Shown here piece after piece: positions 18,969-27,100 of a DNA stretch of 64,000 nt. Position numbers and translations under genes: made by a program. The notes beneath the pieces are model-generated. The model did no database searches. It was not told the DNA's origin and saw only the letters and a program-made list of their open reading frames with translations. Position 1 is the first letter of the stretch, and each line of letters opens with the position of its first letter. The DNA comes from Coprococcus sp. (lineage in GTDB: Bacteria; Bacillota; Clostridia; Lachnospirales; Lachnospiraceae), in contig JBNMGN010000009.1 of the NCBI GenBank assembly GCA_050872265.1, positions 26,603 through 90,602 of the forward strand, read 5' to 3'.

Positions 18969-20246
18969 ATGGAGCAGCAACATATGATACTTATCAAGAA
19001 CGGCCGGGTTGTTGATCCGGTAACAAAGACAGACAAAATAATGGATGTCCTTATAAAGGACAATAAGATAGCAGAGGTTTCAGAGCATATTGAAGCTTCC
19101 GGAGCACAGGTTATAGACGCAGAAGGACTGGTGGTGGCACCGGGGCTGGTGGATACCCACGTACATTTCAGAGATCCGGGCTTCACATATAAGGAAGATA
19201 TTGAGACAGGAGCCGGGGCTGCCGCCAAGGGTGGATTTACCATGGTAGTATGTATGGCGAATACAAAGCCTGCCGTTGATAATATCGAGACTCTTGATTA
19301 CATCCAGAAGAAGGGTGAGAAGACAGGTATACATGTACTCCAGACCGCAACAGTCACGAAGGGACTTAAGGGCACGGAGCTTGTGGATATGGAACAGCTG
19401 GCAGCCTACGGAGCAGCAGGCTTCACAGATGACGGAATACCTATAATGGATGAGAAGGTTCTCCTTGAAGCCATGAACAGGGCTAAGGAGCTTGACCTTC
19501 CGATAAGCCTCCACGAGGAAGACCCGCTGTTTATCAAGCAGCCGGGAGTTAATATGGGAGAGGTTTCGGAAAAGCTTTCCTATGGCGGAGCCTCAAGGAC
19601 TGCGGAGGACATAATGGTGGCAAGGGATTCCGTGCTTGCATTGCACACAGGAGCGTCGGTATGCATACAGCATATAAGCTCAGGAAATTCCGTGGATATT
19701 GTAAGGCTGTTTAAGAGCCTTGGAGCCGACATACACGCAGAGGCAACTCCACATCATTTTACCCTGACTGAGGAGGCTGTTCTTGAATATGGTACAAATG
19801 CCAGAATGAACCCGCCTTTAAGGACTGAGGCTGACAGAAAGAAGATAATAGAGGGTATCGTTGACGGAACCATAGATATGATAGTTACAGACCATGCGCC
19901 ACACAGTGTGGAGGAGAAGGCAAAGCCTCTCGCCAAGGCACCGTCCGGAATAACAGGTCTTGAGACATCACTGGCACTGGGAATAAGATCACTGGTGAAG
20001 CCGGGACATATAAGCCTTATGAAGCTTATTGAGCTTATGAGCACCAATCCGGCGAAGTTCTACAGACTTGAGCCGGGAGCAGTTGCTGCCGGTGCACCTG
20101 CAGACCTGGTTATATTCGGTGAGGATGACACCTGGGTTGCAGACAAATTCGCTTCAAAGGCAGTGAACACACCATTTGCAGGCTGGGAGCTGCCGGGAAA
20201 GGTTCATTATACAATCTGTGGCGGCAGGATAGTATATTCTGCATAA
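18969..20246 (+). CDS. pyrC: Dihydroorotase
   Basis: VDTHVHFRDPG metal motif; TDHAPH near the C-terminus. ATG 18984 is an alternative start. Confidence 0.85.
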   Translation: MEQQHMILIKNGRVVDPVTKTDKIMDVLIKDNKIAEVSEHIEASGAQVIDAEGLVVAPGLVDTHVHFRDPGFTYKEDIETGAGAAAKGGFTMVVCMANTKPAVDNIETLDYIQKKGEKTGIHVLQTATVTKGLKGTELVDMEQLAAYGAAGFTDDGIPIMDEKVLLEAMNRAKELDLPISLHEEDPLFIKQPGVNMGEVSEKLSYGGASRTAEDIMVARDSVLALHTGASVCIQHISSGNSVDIVRLFKSLGADIHAEATPHHFTLTEEAVLEYGTNARMNPPLRTEADRKKIIEGIVDGTIDMIVTDHAPHSVEEKAKPLAKAPSGITGLETSLALGIRSLVKPGHISLMKLIELMSTNPAKFYRLEPGAVAAGAPADLVIFGEDDTWVADKFASKAVNTPFAGWELPGKVHYTICGGRIVYSA

Positions 20247-20476
20247 ACGAAATACAAATATATGTGCAGAAGTTTAATAAAGGCATGATAAGAAATATAA
20301 GTGCCTGGATAATAAAAAGATAAATGATAAAAAACTTTAATTATATTGATAATTATTGTATAATAGCAGGATGTGGTGATATTTTCAGAAGGATAACCAG
20401 AAAGCTTCTGGTGTGGGACTGTCACCATGTGATCTGTTTTACGATAGAATAATATGATTTGGAAGGAATAATGAAT

Positions 20477-22219
20477 ATGGGCGAGAAGAAGATTATGCTC
20501 GGTAATGCGGCAATCGCCAGAGGTGCATATGAAGCAGGTGTAAAGGTATCTGCTGCGTACCCTGGTACACCAAGTACAGAGATCAGTGAGAATATGGTGC
20601 AGTATAAGGATGTGATCTATTCAGAGTGGTCACCTAACGAGAAGGTTGCAACAGAGGTTGCCATTGGTGCCAGCTTCGCCGGCGTAAGATCTATAGTATC
20701 TATGAAGCATGTAGGTGTCAATGTTGCGTCAGACCCACTTTTTACTGCTGCTTACACAGGTGTAAACGGTGGTATGGTACTGGTTGCTGCAGATGATCCG
20801 GGAATGTACTCATCACAGAATGAGCAGGATTCGAGACTTGTAGGCAGAACTGCAATGATACCTGTATTTGAGCCATCAGACAGTATGGAGGCAAAGGAGT
20901 TCACAAAGTATGCATTTGAGGCAAGTGAGAAGTATGATACTCCTGTAATGATCCGTACAACCACAAGACTTGCACATTCCCAGGGCGTTGTTGAGCTCTT
21001 CGACAGAGAAGAGGTGCCTGACAAGGTTTATGAGAGAAATATAAAGAAGTATGTAATGATGCCGGGAAATGCCATCCCACGTCACGTATTTGTTGAGCAG
21101 AGACTTAACCGGATGAGCGATGACGGAGCGGACATGCCTATAAACAGAGTTGAGATGAGAGATACATCAGTAGGTGTCATCACCAGCGGTATCCCATATC
21201 AGTATGTAAGAGAGGCTATGCCAAATGCGTCAGTACTTAAGCTTGGTATGGTCAATCCACTTCCAAGAAAGATGATAGAAGAATTTGCTTCAAAGGTAGA
21301 TAAGCTCTATGTAATAGAGGAGCTTGAGCCACATATTGAGACACAGGTAAGAAGCTGGGGTATCAATGCGGTTGGTAAGGAGCTTATGACAGTCCAGGGT
21401 GAGTACTCTGCAAATATGATAAGAGAGCGTATCCTCGGTGAGAAGATCGAGACAGCAGAGCCTGCAAAGGTTCCTGCAAGACCACCTATCCTCTGTCCCG
21501 GATGTCCTCACAGAAGTGTATTCTCAGTATTAAATAAGATGAAGATTCATGCTGCCGGAGATATAGGCTGCTACACATTAGGTGCGGTTGCGCCTCTTTC
21601 AGTAATAGATACAACTGTATGTATGGGCTCTTCAATCTCAACCTTACATGGTATGGAGAAGGCCAAGGGCAAGGATTACATCAAGAACTGGGTTGCGGTT
21701 ATCGGAGATTCAACATTCCTTCACACAGGTGTTAATTCCCTTATGAACATGGTATATAACCAGGCAACAGGAACAGTCATTATCCTTGATAACTCCACAA
21801 CAGGTATGACAGGACATCAGGATCATGCAGCTACAGGTAAGACCCTTATGGGAGACCCTACATATGCAATAGATATCTATAACCTCTGTAAGGCAATAGG
21901 TATCAAGAATGTAAATGAGATCGACGCATACGATGTTGAAGGTCTTGAAAAGCTTATTGCTTCTGAGGTTGCCAAGGATGAGATATCAGTCATCATCACA
22001 AAGGGACCTTGTGTGCTCCTTAAGACAACTAAGAGAACCCACGTATGCAAGGCTATACCTGAGAAGTGTAAGAAGTGCGGAATGTGCTTAAAGCCGGGCT
22101 GCCCTGCTGTAATAAGAAATGAGGACGGAACAATAACAATAGATGAAAATCAGTGTAATGGCTGCGGATTATGTATGAAGCGTTGTCATTTTGACGCTAT
22201 AGCAAGGGAGGAACTGTAA
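20477..22219 (+). CDS. iorA: Indolepyruvate:ferredoxin oxidoreductase alpha subunit
   Basis: TPP/pyrimidine-binding N-domain and GDSTF TPP motif (IGDSTFLHTG). C-terminal 2x[4Fe-4S] motifs CKKCGMC..GCP and CNGCGLCMKRC. Start chosen at ATG 20477 for RBS spacing; the track start 20459 is TTG. Confidence 0.85.
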   Translation: MGEKKIMLGNAAIARGAYEAGVKVSAAYPGTPSTEISENMVQYKDVIYSEWSPNEKVATEVAIGASFAGVRSIVSMKHVGVNVASDPLFTAAYTGVNGGMVLVAADDPGMYSSQNEQDSRLVGRTAMIPVFEPSDSMEAKEFTKYAFEASEKYDTPVMIRTTTRLAHSQGVVELFDREEVPDKVYERNIKKYVMMPGNAIPRHVFVEQRLNRMSDDGADMPINRVEMRDTSVGVITSGIPYQYVREAMPNASVLKLGMVNPLPRKMIEEFASKVDKLYVIEELEPHIETQVRSWGINAVGKELMTVQGEYSANMIRERILGEKIETAEPAKVPARPPILCPGCPHRSVFSVLNKMKIHAAGDIGCYTLGAVAPLSVIDTTVCMGSSISTLHGMEKAKGKDYIKNWVAVIGDSTFLHTGVNSLMNMVYNQATGTVIILDNSTTGMTGHQDHAATGKTLMGDPTYAIDIYNLCKAIGIKNVNEIDAYDVEGLEKLIASEVAKDEISVIITKGPCVLLKTTKRTHVCKAIPEKCKKCGMCLKPGCPAVIRNEDGTITIDENQCNGCGLCMKRCHFDAIAREEL

Positions 22220-22220
22220 T

Positions 22221-22790
22221 ATGGCTACTAAGAATATTATCATTGTAGGTGTAGGTGGACAGGGAACCCTGCTTACCAGTCGTATACTTGGTGGAATCAC
22301 AACAATGGCAGGTTATGACGTTAAGCTTTCAGAGGTTCATGGAATGAGCCAGAGAGGCGGAAGCGTTGTTACATATGTAAGATATGGTGAGAAGGTAGAT
22401 GAGCCTATCGTAGAGGAAGGCCAGGCAGATGTACTTATTGCCTTTGAGAGACTTGAGGCTTTAAGATACGCACACTTCCTTAAGAAGGACGGCGTTATCA
22501 TAATAAATGACCAGAGGATAGATCCTATAACTGTAGTTACAGGCATGGCAGAATATCCTGAGGGAATAATCGAGACATTAAAGAGCAAGTACAAGGTTAT
22601 CTCAGTTGACGCCATGGGTGAGGCTAAGAAGCTTGGCAATCCAAGAGTCTTCAACTCAGTTATAATCGGTGTTGCCGCAAAGCACATGGATTTCGAACAC
22701 GAGAAGTGGCTTGAGGTAATAAAGAACACAGTACCACCAAAGACCATTGATATAAACACAAAGGCCTTCGAGGTTGGATTTAATCTGTAA
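22221..22790 (+). CDS. iorB: Indolepyruvate:ferredoxin oxidoreductase beta subunit
   Basis: 189 aa, IIVGVGGQGTLL N-terminal motif (POR gamma-type domain). Starts 1 nt after the iorA stop. Confidence 0.85.
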   Translation: MATKNIIIVGVGGQGTLLTSRILGGITTMAGYDVKLSEVHGMSQRGGSVVTYVRYGEKVDEPIVEEGQADVLIAFERLEALRYAHFLKKDGVIIINDQRIDPITVVTGMAEYPEGIIETLKSKYKVISVDAMGEAKKLGNPRVFNSVIIGVAAKHMDFEHEKWLEVIKNTVPPKTIDINTKAFEVGFNL

Positions 22791-22813
22791 GGATGTCTAA
22801 GACATCGTTACGC

Positions 22814-22860
22814 CGCAGCAGCCCTTGCCGCAGGCAGCTTTAAATGGCTGCTGCTCTAAA
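22814..22860 (+). terminator. Possible terminator after iorB
   Basis: Stem gcagcagcc / ggctgctgc with a 22-nt loop, followed by tctaaattt (weak T-tract). Confidence 0.35.
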
Positions 22861-22960
22861 TTTGTAAAAACTATGGTATTTTTGAAGTAGTTGTAGTAAA
22901 ATACCAACAAGTGGCACTATATGTAGTGACCAAAGTATTTATTTCCGGAAAGGGAAGGGT

Positions 22961-24052
22961 ATGAATTCCACCAGAGCAGAATTAGACAAGAAGTGGCAGC
23001 GTATATTAGGGAGATGTATGCTGATAACATATATAATTGTATTAGTGCTTGAGATAGGCTTCCTGATATTCTGGAAAGGTGCCAGGGAAGAGGGCATGTC
23101 TGGTCGTATCATCAGAGATACGGTCATAGCCTTTGTGGTCAGTGTGCCTATACTTGTGATCACAGGCTACAGGATGAAGAAGAAGCCCGATGAGGTGTCA
23201 AGGAATACATGGGGCATGTGTATCCTGTATGTGACAATGTTTGGATGTGTATCATTGGTGCACTGCGGAATGTCCTTTACAGCATTGTTACCATTCATTG
23301 CGGTGATCGGAACTACCGTATTTGCAAATAATGCATTGACCGGTGTAAGCTCGCTGTTGGCGGTGATATTTTCATGTATCTCGCAGGCATTGTATTATAA
23401 CTTTGACGAAGGACAGACGAAGCTGTTCGGGGGAAATGTTTTATTATCCCTGATCATTGCCGCCGGAATATATGTCATGGCGAGCATGTGTAACAAGCAT
23501 ACAAATGAACTTATACAGTCTATAAATGACATACATGTCAAGCAGTTAAATCTTTTGTCTGAGTTAAAGAGAGAGCCTCTTACAGGACTTTACAACAGAA
23601 AGACCTTTGATGAGAGTCTTCAGGCACAGGTGAGAAGCTGTAATGAGACAGGAGCCGTAGCGGTTCTTGCCATGTTTGATATAGACCACTTCAAGAATGT
23701 GAATGATACTTACGGACACAGTAACGGAGATATAGTTATCAAGGTTCTGTGTAAGATAATAAAGAAAAAGATCTCGGATTACGGTCTTGGTTTCAGGTAT
23801 GGTGGTGAGGAATTTGCAGTATTGTTCACCGGGATAGACGAGAAGAAGGCACTCAGTATCGTGGAAGATATAAGAACAGAGTTCAGGTGTTATTACTTCC
23901 AGTTTATGCGTAAGGATGGACTTACAGTAAGCTGTGGAATTGCCCAGTATCGAAGCAATGAAAAGGGAGAGGATTGGTTCAACAGAACTGACGCCGCCCT
24001 GTATAAAGCAAAAGAAACAGGAAGAAATAAAACGGTGATAAGCGACAGATGA
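22961..24052 (+). CDS. Membrane-bound diguanylate cyclase (GGDEF, GGEEF active-site motif)
   Basis: Multi-TM N-terminal domain; MFDIDHFKNVNDTYGHSNGD and RYGGEEFAVLF. Confidence 0.85.
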   Translation: MNSTRAELDKKWQRILGRCMLITYIIVLVLEIGFLIFWKGAREEGMSGRIIRDTVIAFVVSVPILVITGYRMKKKPDEVSRNTWGMCILYVTMFGCVSLVHCGMSFTALLPFIAVIGTTVFANNALTGVSSLLAVIFSCISQALYYNFDEGQTKLFGGNVLLSLIIAAGIYVMASMCNKHTNELIQSINDIHVKQLNLLSELKREPLTGLYNRKTFDESLQAQVRSCNETGAVAVLAMFDIDHFKNVNDTYGHSNGDIVIKVLCKIIKKKISDYGLGFRYGGEEFAVLFTGIDEKKALSIVEDIRTEFRCYYFQFMRKDGLTVSCGIAQYRSNEKGEDWFNRTDAALYKAKETGRNKTVISDR

Positions 24053-24072
24053 TCGCTTATCACCGTTTTTTT
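24032..24072. terminator. Bidirectional rho-independent terminator between convergent genes
   Basis: Perfect 14-bp stem acggtgataagcga / tcgcttatcaccgt, 7-nt loop, ttttttt on the + side and an A-run (T-run on the minus strand) upstream. Confidence 0.85.
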
Positions 24073-24100
24073 ACTTTATTGTAATGATGTCTGTGACACC

Positions 24101-24892
24101 CTATTTCTTACAATATGTGTTGAGCCATTCTACAACTGCGTCCGCAATGGCTATGGCGTATTCTTCATGATGTTCATTGAACAGATCCAGATCCTCCTGG
24201 TTGCTCATAAATCCCAGCTCTGCAATGACACTGGTCATATTGGTGTCACGGATAACCGCATAATTATGTTCCGAGTCTCCCTGGGTTCCAACCTTTACTC
24301 CACGATCTTCAGATATTCCAACCTTATCAAGTCCCTCAAGTATTGCTGAGGCAATGGCACGGCTGGCGTCGGAATTGGTGCTGTGTATCCACACCTCAAA
24401 TCCCTTGGCGGATTTATCTCCGGCAGTATAGTTTCTGTGGAGAGAGAGGAACAGGTCAGCATTTGCATTATTTGCAATGGCTGCACGCTCATCAAGCTCT
24501 ATGTCGCTGTCATCTGTACGGGTCATGACTACCTTCACGCCCCTGTTCTCCAGGGCTTTTTTTACTTCCAGAGAAATCTTCAGGGTATCATCCTTCTCGT
24601 AGGTGCCGTCAAGTCCCTGGGTTCCGGTGAATTTGCCGCCGTGTCCCGGATCTATGCACACCACATAGTCGCTACTGTCTGCGGTAACTGCCGGCACATC
24701 CTTGACAGTCTTGGTTGTACTTCCCTTAGACGAACCGAACAGCCTTATGCTGCTTCTGTTTTTTATGATGACGGCAAGCAGGGCGGCACATATTACGAAT
24801 AAACATATACATGCGATCCACAGTCTCTTTACCACCACCTGAAGCTGTTTCACGGTAGGACGTTTTTTTCCTGTTGTACTCATATTATTCAT
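24101..24892 (-). CDS. N-acetylmuramoyl-L-alanine amidase (Amidase_3; membrane-anchored, CwlD-like)
   Basis: N-terminal TM (LWIACICLFVICAALLAVII); VVCIDPGHGG and SLHRN motifs of the Amidase_3 family. Confidence 0.8.
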   Translation of the reverse strand: MNNMSTTGKKRPTVKQLQVVVKRLWIACICLFVICAALLAVIIKNRSSIRLFGSSKGSTTKTVKDVPAVTADSSDYVVCIDPGHGGKFTGTQGLDGTYEKDDTLKISLEVKKALENRGVKVVMTRTDDSDIELDERAAIANNANADLFLSLHRNYTAGDKSAKGFEVWIHSTNSDASRAIASAILEGLDKVGISEDRGVKVGTQGDSEHNYAVIRDTNMTSVIAELGFMSNQEDLDLFNEHHEEYAIAIADAVVEWLNTYCKK

Positions 24893-25040
24893 CTCTTATT
24901 TCTTAATATTTTTATCTTCTGCCTGTTGATATCTTCATATGTTCTATCATTCATGAGCTATGATAACAAAAATGGAACACCGCCGCAACCGGAAAGCTGA
25001 AAAGTAATAAAAAATTAATCAATGATTTTTTTGTTGGAAT

Positions 25041-25068
25041 TTGCTTAAAATACATATATTGGTATAAA
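25041..25068 (+). promoter_or_regulatory. Sigma-A-type promoter (extended -10) for the Y-family polymerase operon
   Basis: TTGCTT (25041-25046), 16-nt spacer, TGgTATAAA (TG at 25060-25061, -10 at 25063-25068). Confidence 0.5.
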
Positions 25069-25087
25069 ATAAACTTACAGAGAGTTC

Positions 25088-25180
25088 ACAATGACAGTGA
25101 AATCGACAAATGGAATGAAAAGCTGACAATGACAGTGAAATCAGCAAATGGAATGAAAAACCGACAATGATCATGAAATG
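25088..25180. repeat. 38-bp tandem direct repeat, 2.4 copies
   Basis: Unit 1 (25088-25125) acaatgacagtgaaatcgacaaatggaatgaaaagctg. Unit 2 (25126-25163) acaatgacagtgaaatcagcaaatggaatgaaaaaccg (4 mismatches). Partial unit 3 (25164-25180) acaatgatcatgaaatg. Confidence 0.9.
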
Positions 25181-25190
25181 AGTAATAAAT

Positions 25191-26774
25191 ATGGAAAGAA
25201 CAGATAAAGCGGATTTTAATAAAAAGAATAATGTTTCTGACGGAGAGAGGCAGTATATAGCCATAGATCTGAAATCCTTCTATGCTTCGGTGGAATGTGT
25301 GGAGCGGGATCTGGATCCCCTCACCACCAATCTGGTGGTGGCAGACAGAACCAGGACAGATAAGACCATATGTCTTGCGGTGTCCCCATCCCTTAAAGCC
25401 TACGGCATATCCGGAAGAGCCAGGTTGTATCAGGCTGTAGCCAGGGTGGATGAGCTTAACAGCATAAGAAAGAGAAAGCTTAAGGGCGGAGACTTTGAAA
25501 GTGAGTCATATCTTTCAACGGAGATAGACCGGGATGATAAATGTAAGATATCATTTATAGCGGCACCGCCGAGAATGAGCCTTTATATGGAATACAGCTC
25601 CAGGATATATGCAATATATCTCAGATATGTGGCTCCTGAGGACATACACGTATATTCAGTTGATGAGGTGTTCATGGATGTTACATCCTATCTTAATACC
25701 TATGGTATGACAGCCTATGAGCTGGCGAAGAAGCTGATAAAGGAAGTTCTTAGGGAAACAGGAATTACAGCCACCGCCGGTATAGGGACAAATATGTACC
25801 TCTGCAAGGTGGCTATGGACATAGTGGCGAAGCATGTGGAGGCAGATCAGGACGGAAGCCGTATTGCGGTCCTTGATGAGATGAGCTACAGGGAGAAGCT
25901 GTGGTCCCATACACCGATAACGGATTTCTGGAGAGTGGGTACGGGCTATGCCAGAAAGCTTAAAGAGGTGGGGCTTATGACCATGGGAGATGTGGCGAGA
26001 TGTTCCCTTGGGGCACCGGAGGACTACTACAATGAAGAACTGCTATACAGATTATTTGGCATTAATGCGGAGCTGCTTATAGACCATGCCTGGGGATATG
26101 AGCCCTGTACCATAAAGGAGATAAAGTCCTATGTGCCGGAGACCAACAGCATAAGTAACGGACAGGTGTTGAAGGAGCCTTATGACTATGAACACGGGCT
26201 TCTTATAGTTAAGGAAATGACGGAGCTGCTGACCTTAAGTCTTGTGGAAAAGGGTTATGTAACCAACCAGCTTGTGCTGACGGTGGGCTATGATATAGAT
26301 AATCTCACCAACACCTCCATCAGAAACCAGTATAAAGGTGAGATAGTAAAGGACAGATACGGAAGACGGATACCTAAGCATGCCCACGGAACCTGGAACC
26401 TTAAGGAGAAGACTTCTTCCTCAAGGATCATATGTGACGCTATGGCGAAGCTTTATGAACAGATAGTCAATCCGAAGCTTCTTATAAGAAGAGTGTATGT
26501 GGTGGCAGGTAAGGTGACGCCGTATGATACTTATATAGAAGAAAGAGATAAGGGAGAGGAGTATGTACAGTACGATCTTTTCACGGATATGGATGAGGTG
26601 TGCCAGGAAGAGAAACAGCAGCATGAGCAGCTTGACAGGGAACATAAGCTCCAGGAAGCCATCATAGGTCTTAAGAAGAAGTATGGAAAGAATGCGGTCC
26701 TTAAGGGGATGAACCTTGAGGAGGGAGCTACCACCATAGAGAGAAACGGACAGATAGGAGGCCATAAGGCATGA
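25191..26774 (+). CDS. Y-family DNA polymerase (UmuC/UvrX/YqjW-like translesion polymerase)
   Basis: N-terminal YIAIDLKSFYASVECVERDLDP, SVDEVFMDVT catalytic motif, GIGTNMYLCKVA. C-terminal extension ending KKKYGKNAVLKG..ERNGQIGGHKA. Confidence 0.85.
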   Translation: MERTDKADFNKKNNVSDGERQYIAIDLKSFYASVECVERDLDPLTTNLVVADRTRTDKTICLAVSPSLKAYGISGRARLYQAVARVDELNSIRKRKLKGGDFESESYLSTEIDRDDKCKISFIAAPPRMSLYMEYSSRIYAIYLRYVAPEDIHVYSVDEVFMDVTSYLNTYGMTAYELAKKLIKEVLRETGITATAGIGTNMYLCKVAMDIVAKHVEADQDGSRIAVLDEMSYREKLWSHTPITDFWRVGTGYARKLKEVGLMTMGDVARCSLGAPEDYYNEELLYRLFGINAELLIDHAWGYEPCTIKEIKSYVPETNSISNGQVLKEPYDYEHGLLIVKEMTELLTLSLVEKGYVTNQLVLTVGYDIDNLTNTSIRNQYKGEIVKDRYGRRIPKHAHGTWNLKEKTSSSRIICDAMAKLYEQIVNPKLLIRRVYVVAGKVTPYDTYIEERDKGEEYVQYDLFTDMDEVCQEEKQQHEQLDREHKLQEAIIGLKKKYGKNAVLKGMNLEEGATTIERNGQIGGHKA

Positions 26775-26953
26775 GTGATTATGATGATATAATACATCTT
26801 TCACGACCTGTATCCAAGAACCACAAGCCCATGTCCATGAGGGACAGGGCGGCACAGTTTGCACCATTTGCAGCTTTATCAGGTCATGATGAGGTTATAA
26901 AACAGACAGAATATGAGGAAGAGGAGATATATAAGAATTACTATAACTCTTAA
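26771..26953 (+). CDS. YolD-like small protein (Y-family polymerase accessory)
   Basis: 60 aa. MSMRDRAAQFAPFAALSGHDE matches the YolD-like R-x-A-QF-PFAAL-G core. ATGA overlap with the polymerase stop. Confidence 0.7.
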   Translation: MSDYDDIIHLSRPVSKNHKPMSMRDRAAQFAPFAALSGHDEVIKQTEYEEEEIYKNYYNS

Positions 26954-27023
26954 AAAAATATCCCATATGACATAATTGGTGGGTTTTCGGTCGAAATCCG
27001 CTTGCTTACAGGGGGAAACTTTG

Positions 27024-27052
27024 TTGACACAGAAAAAATATTGATGTAAACT
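27024..27052 (+). promoter_or_regulatory. Sigma-A-type promoter for the wall-binding-repeat protein gene
   Basis: TTGACA (27024-27029), 17-nt spacer, TAAACT (27047-27052). Confidence 0.5.
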
Positions 27053-27100
27053 CTAAATGTTAATTTAGAAGAGAAATCAATATGATTAGGAGGGATAAGA

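Noticed and set aside
25088-25180. The tandem repeats at 25088-25180, and also those at 44460-44530, as mini-CRISPR arrays.
   Set aside because: The units are directly adjacent with no unique spacers, there are only 2-5 copies, and no cas genes are in the window.
24893-25190. LexA (Cheo) box GAAC-N4-GTTC upstream of the Y-family polymerase.
   Set aside because: I read both strands of the intergenic region and found no GAAC...GTTC pair with 4-nt spacing. The absence is reported as part of the repeat finding rather than as a feature.
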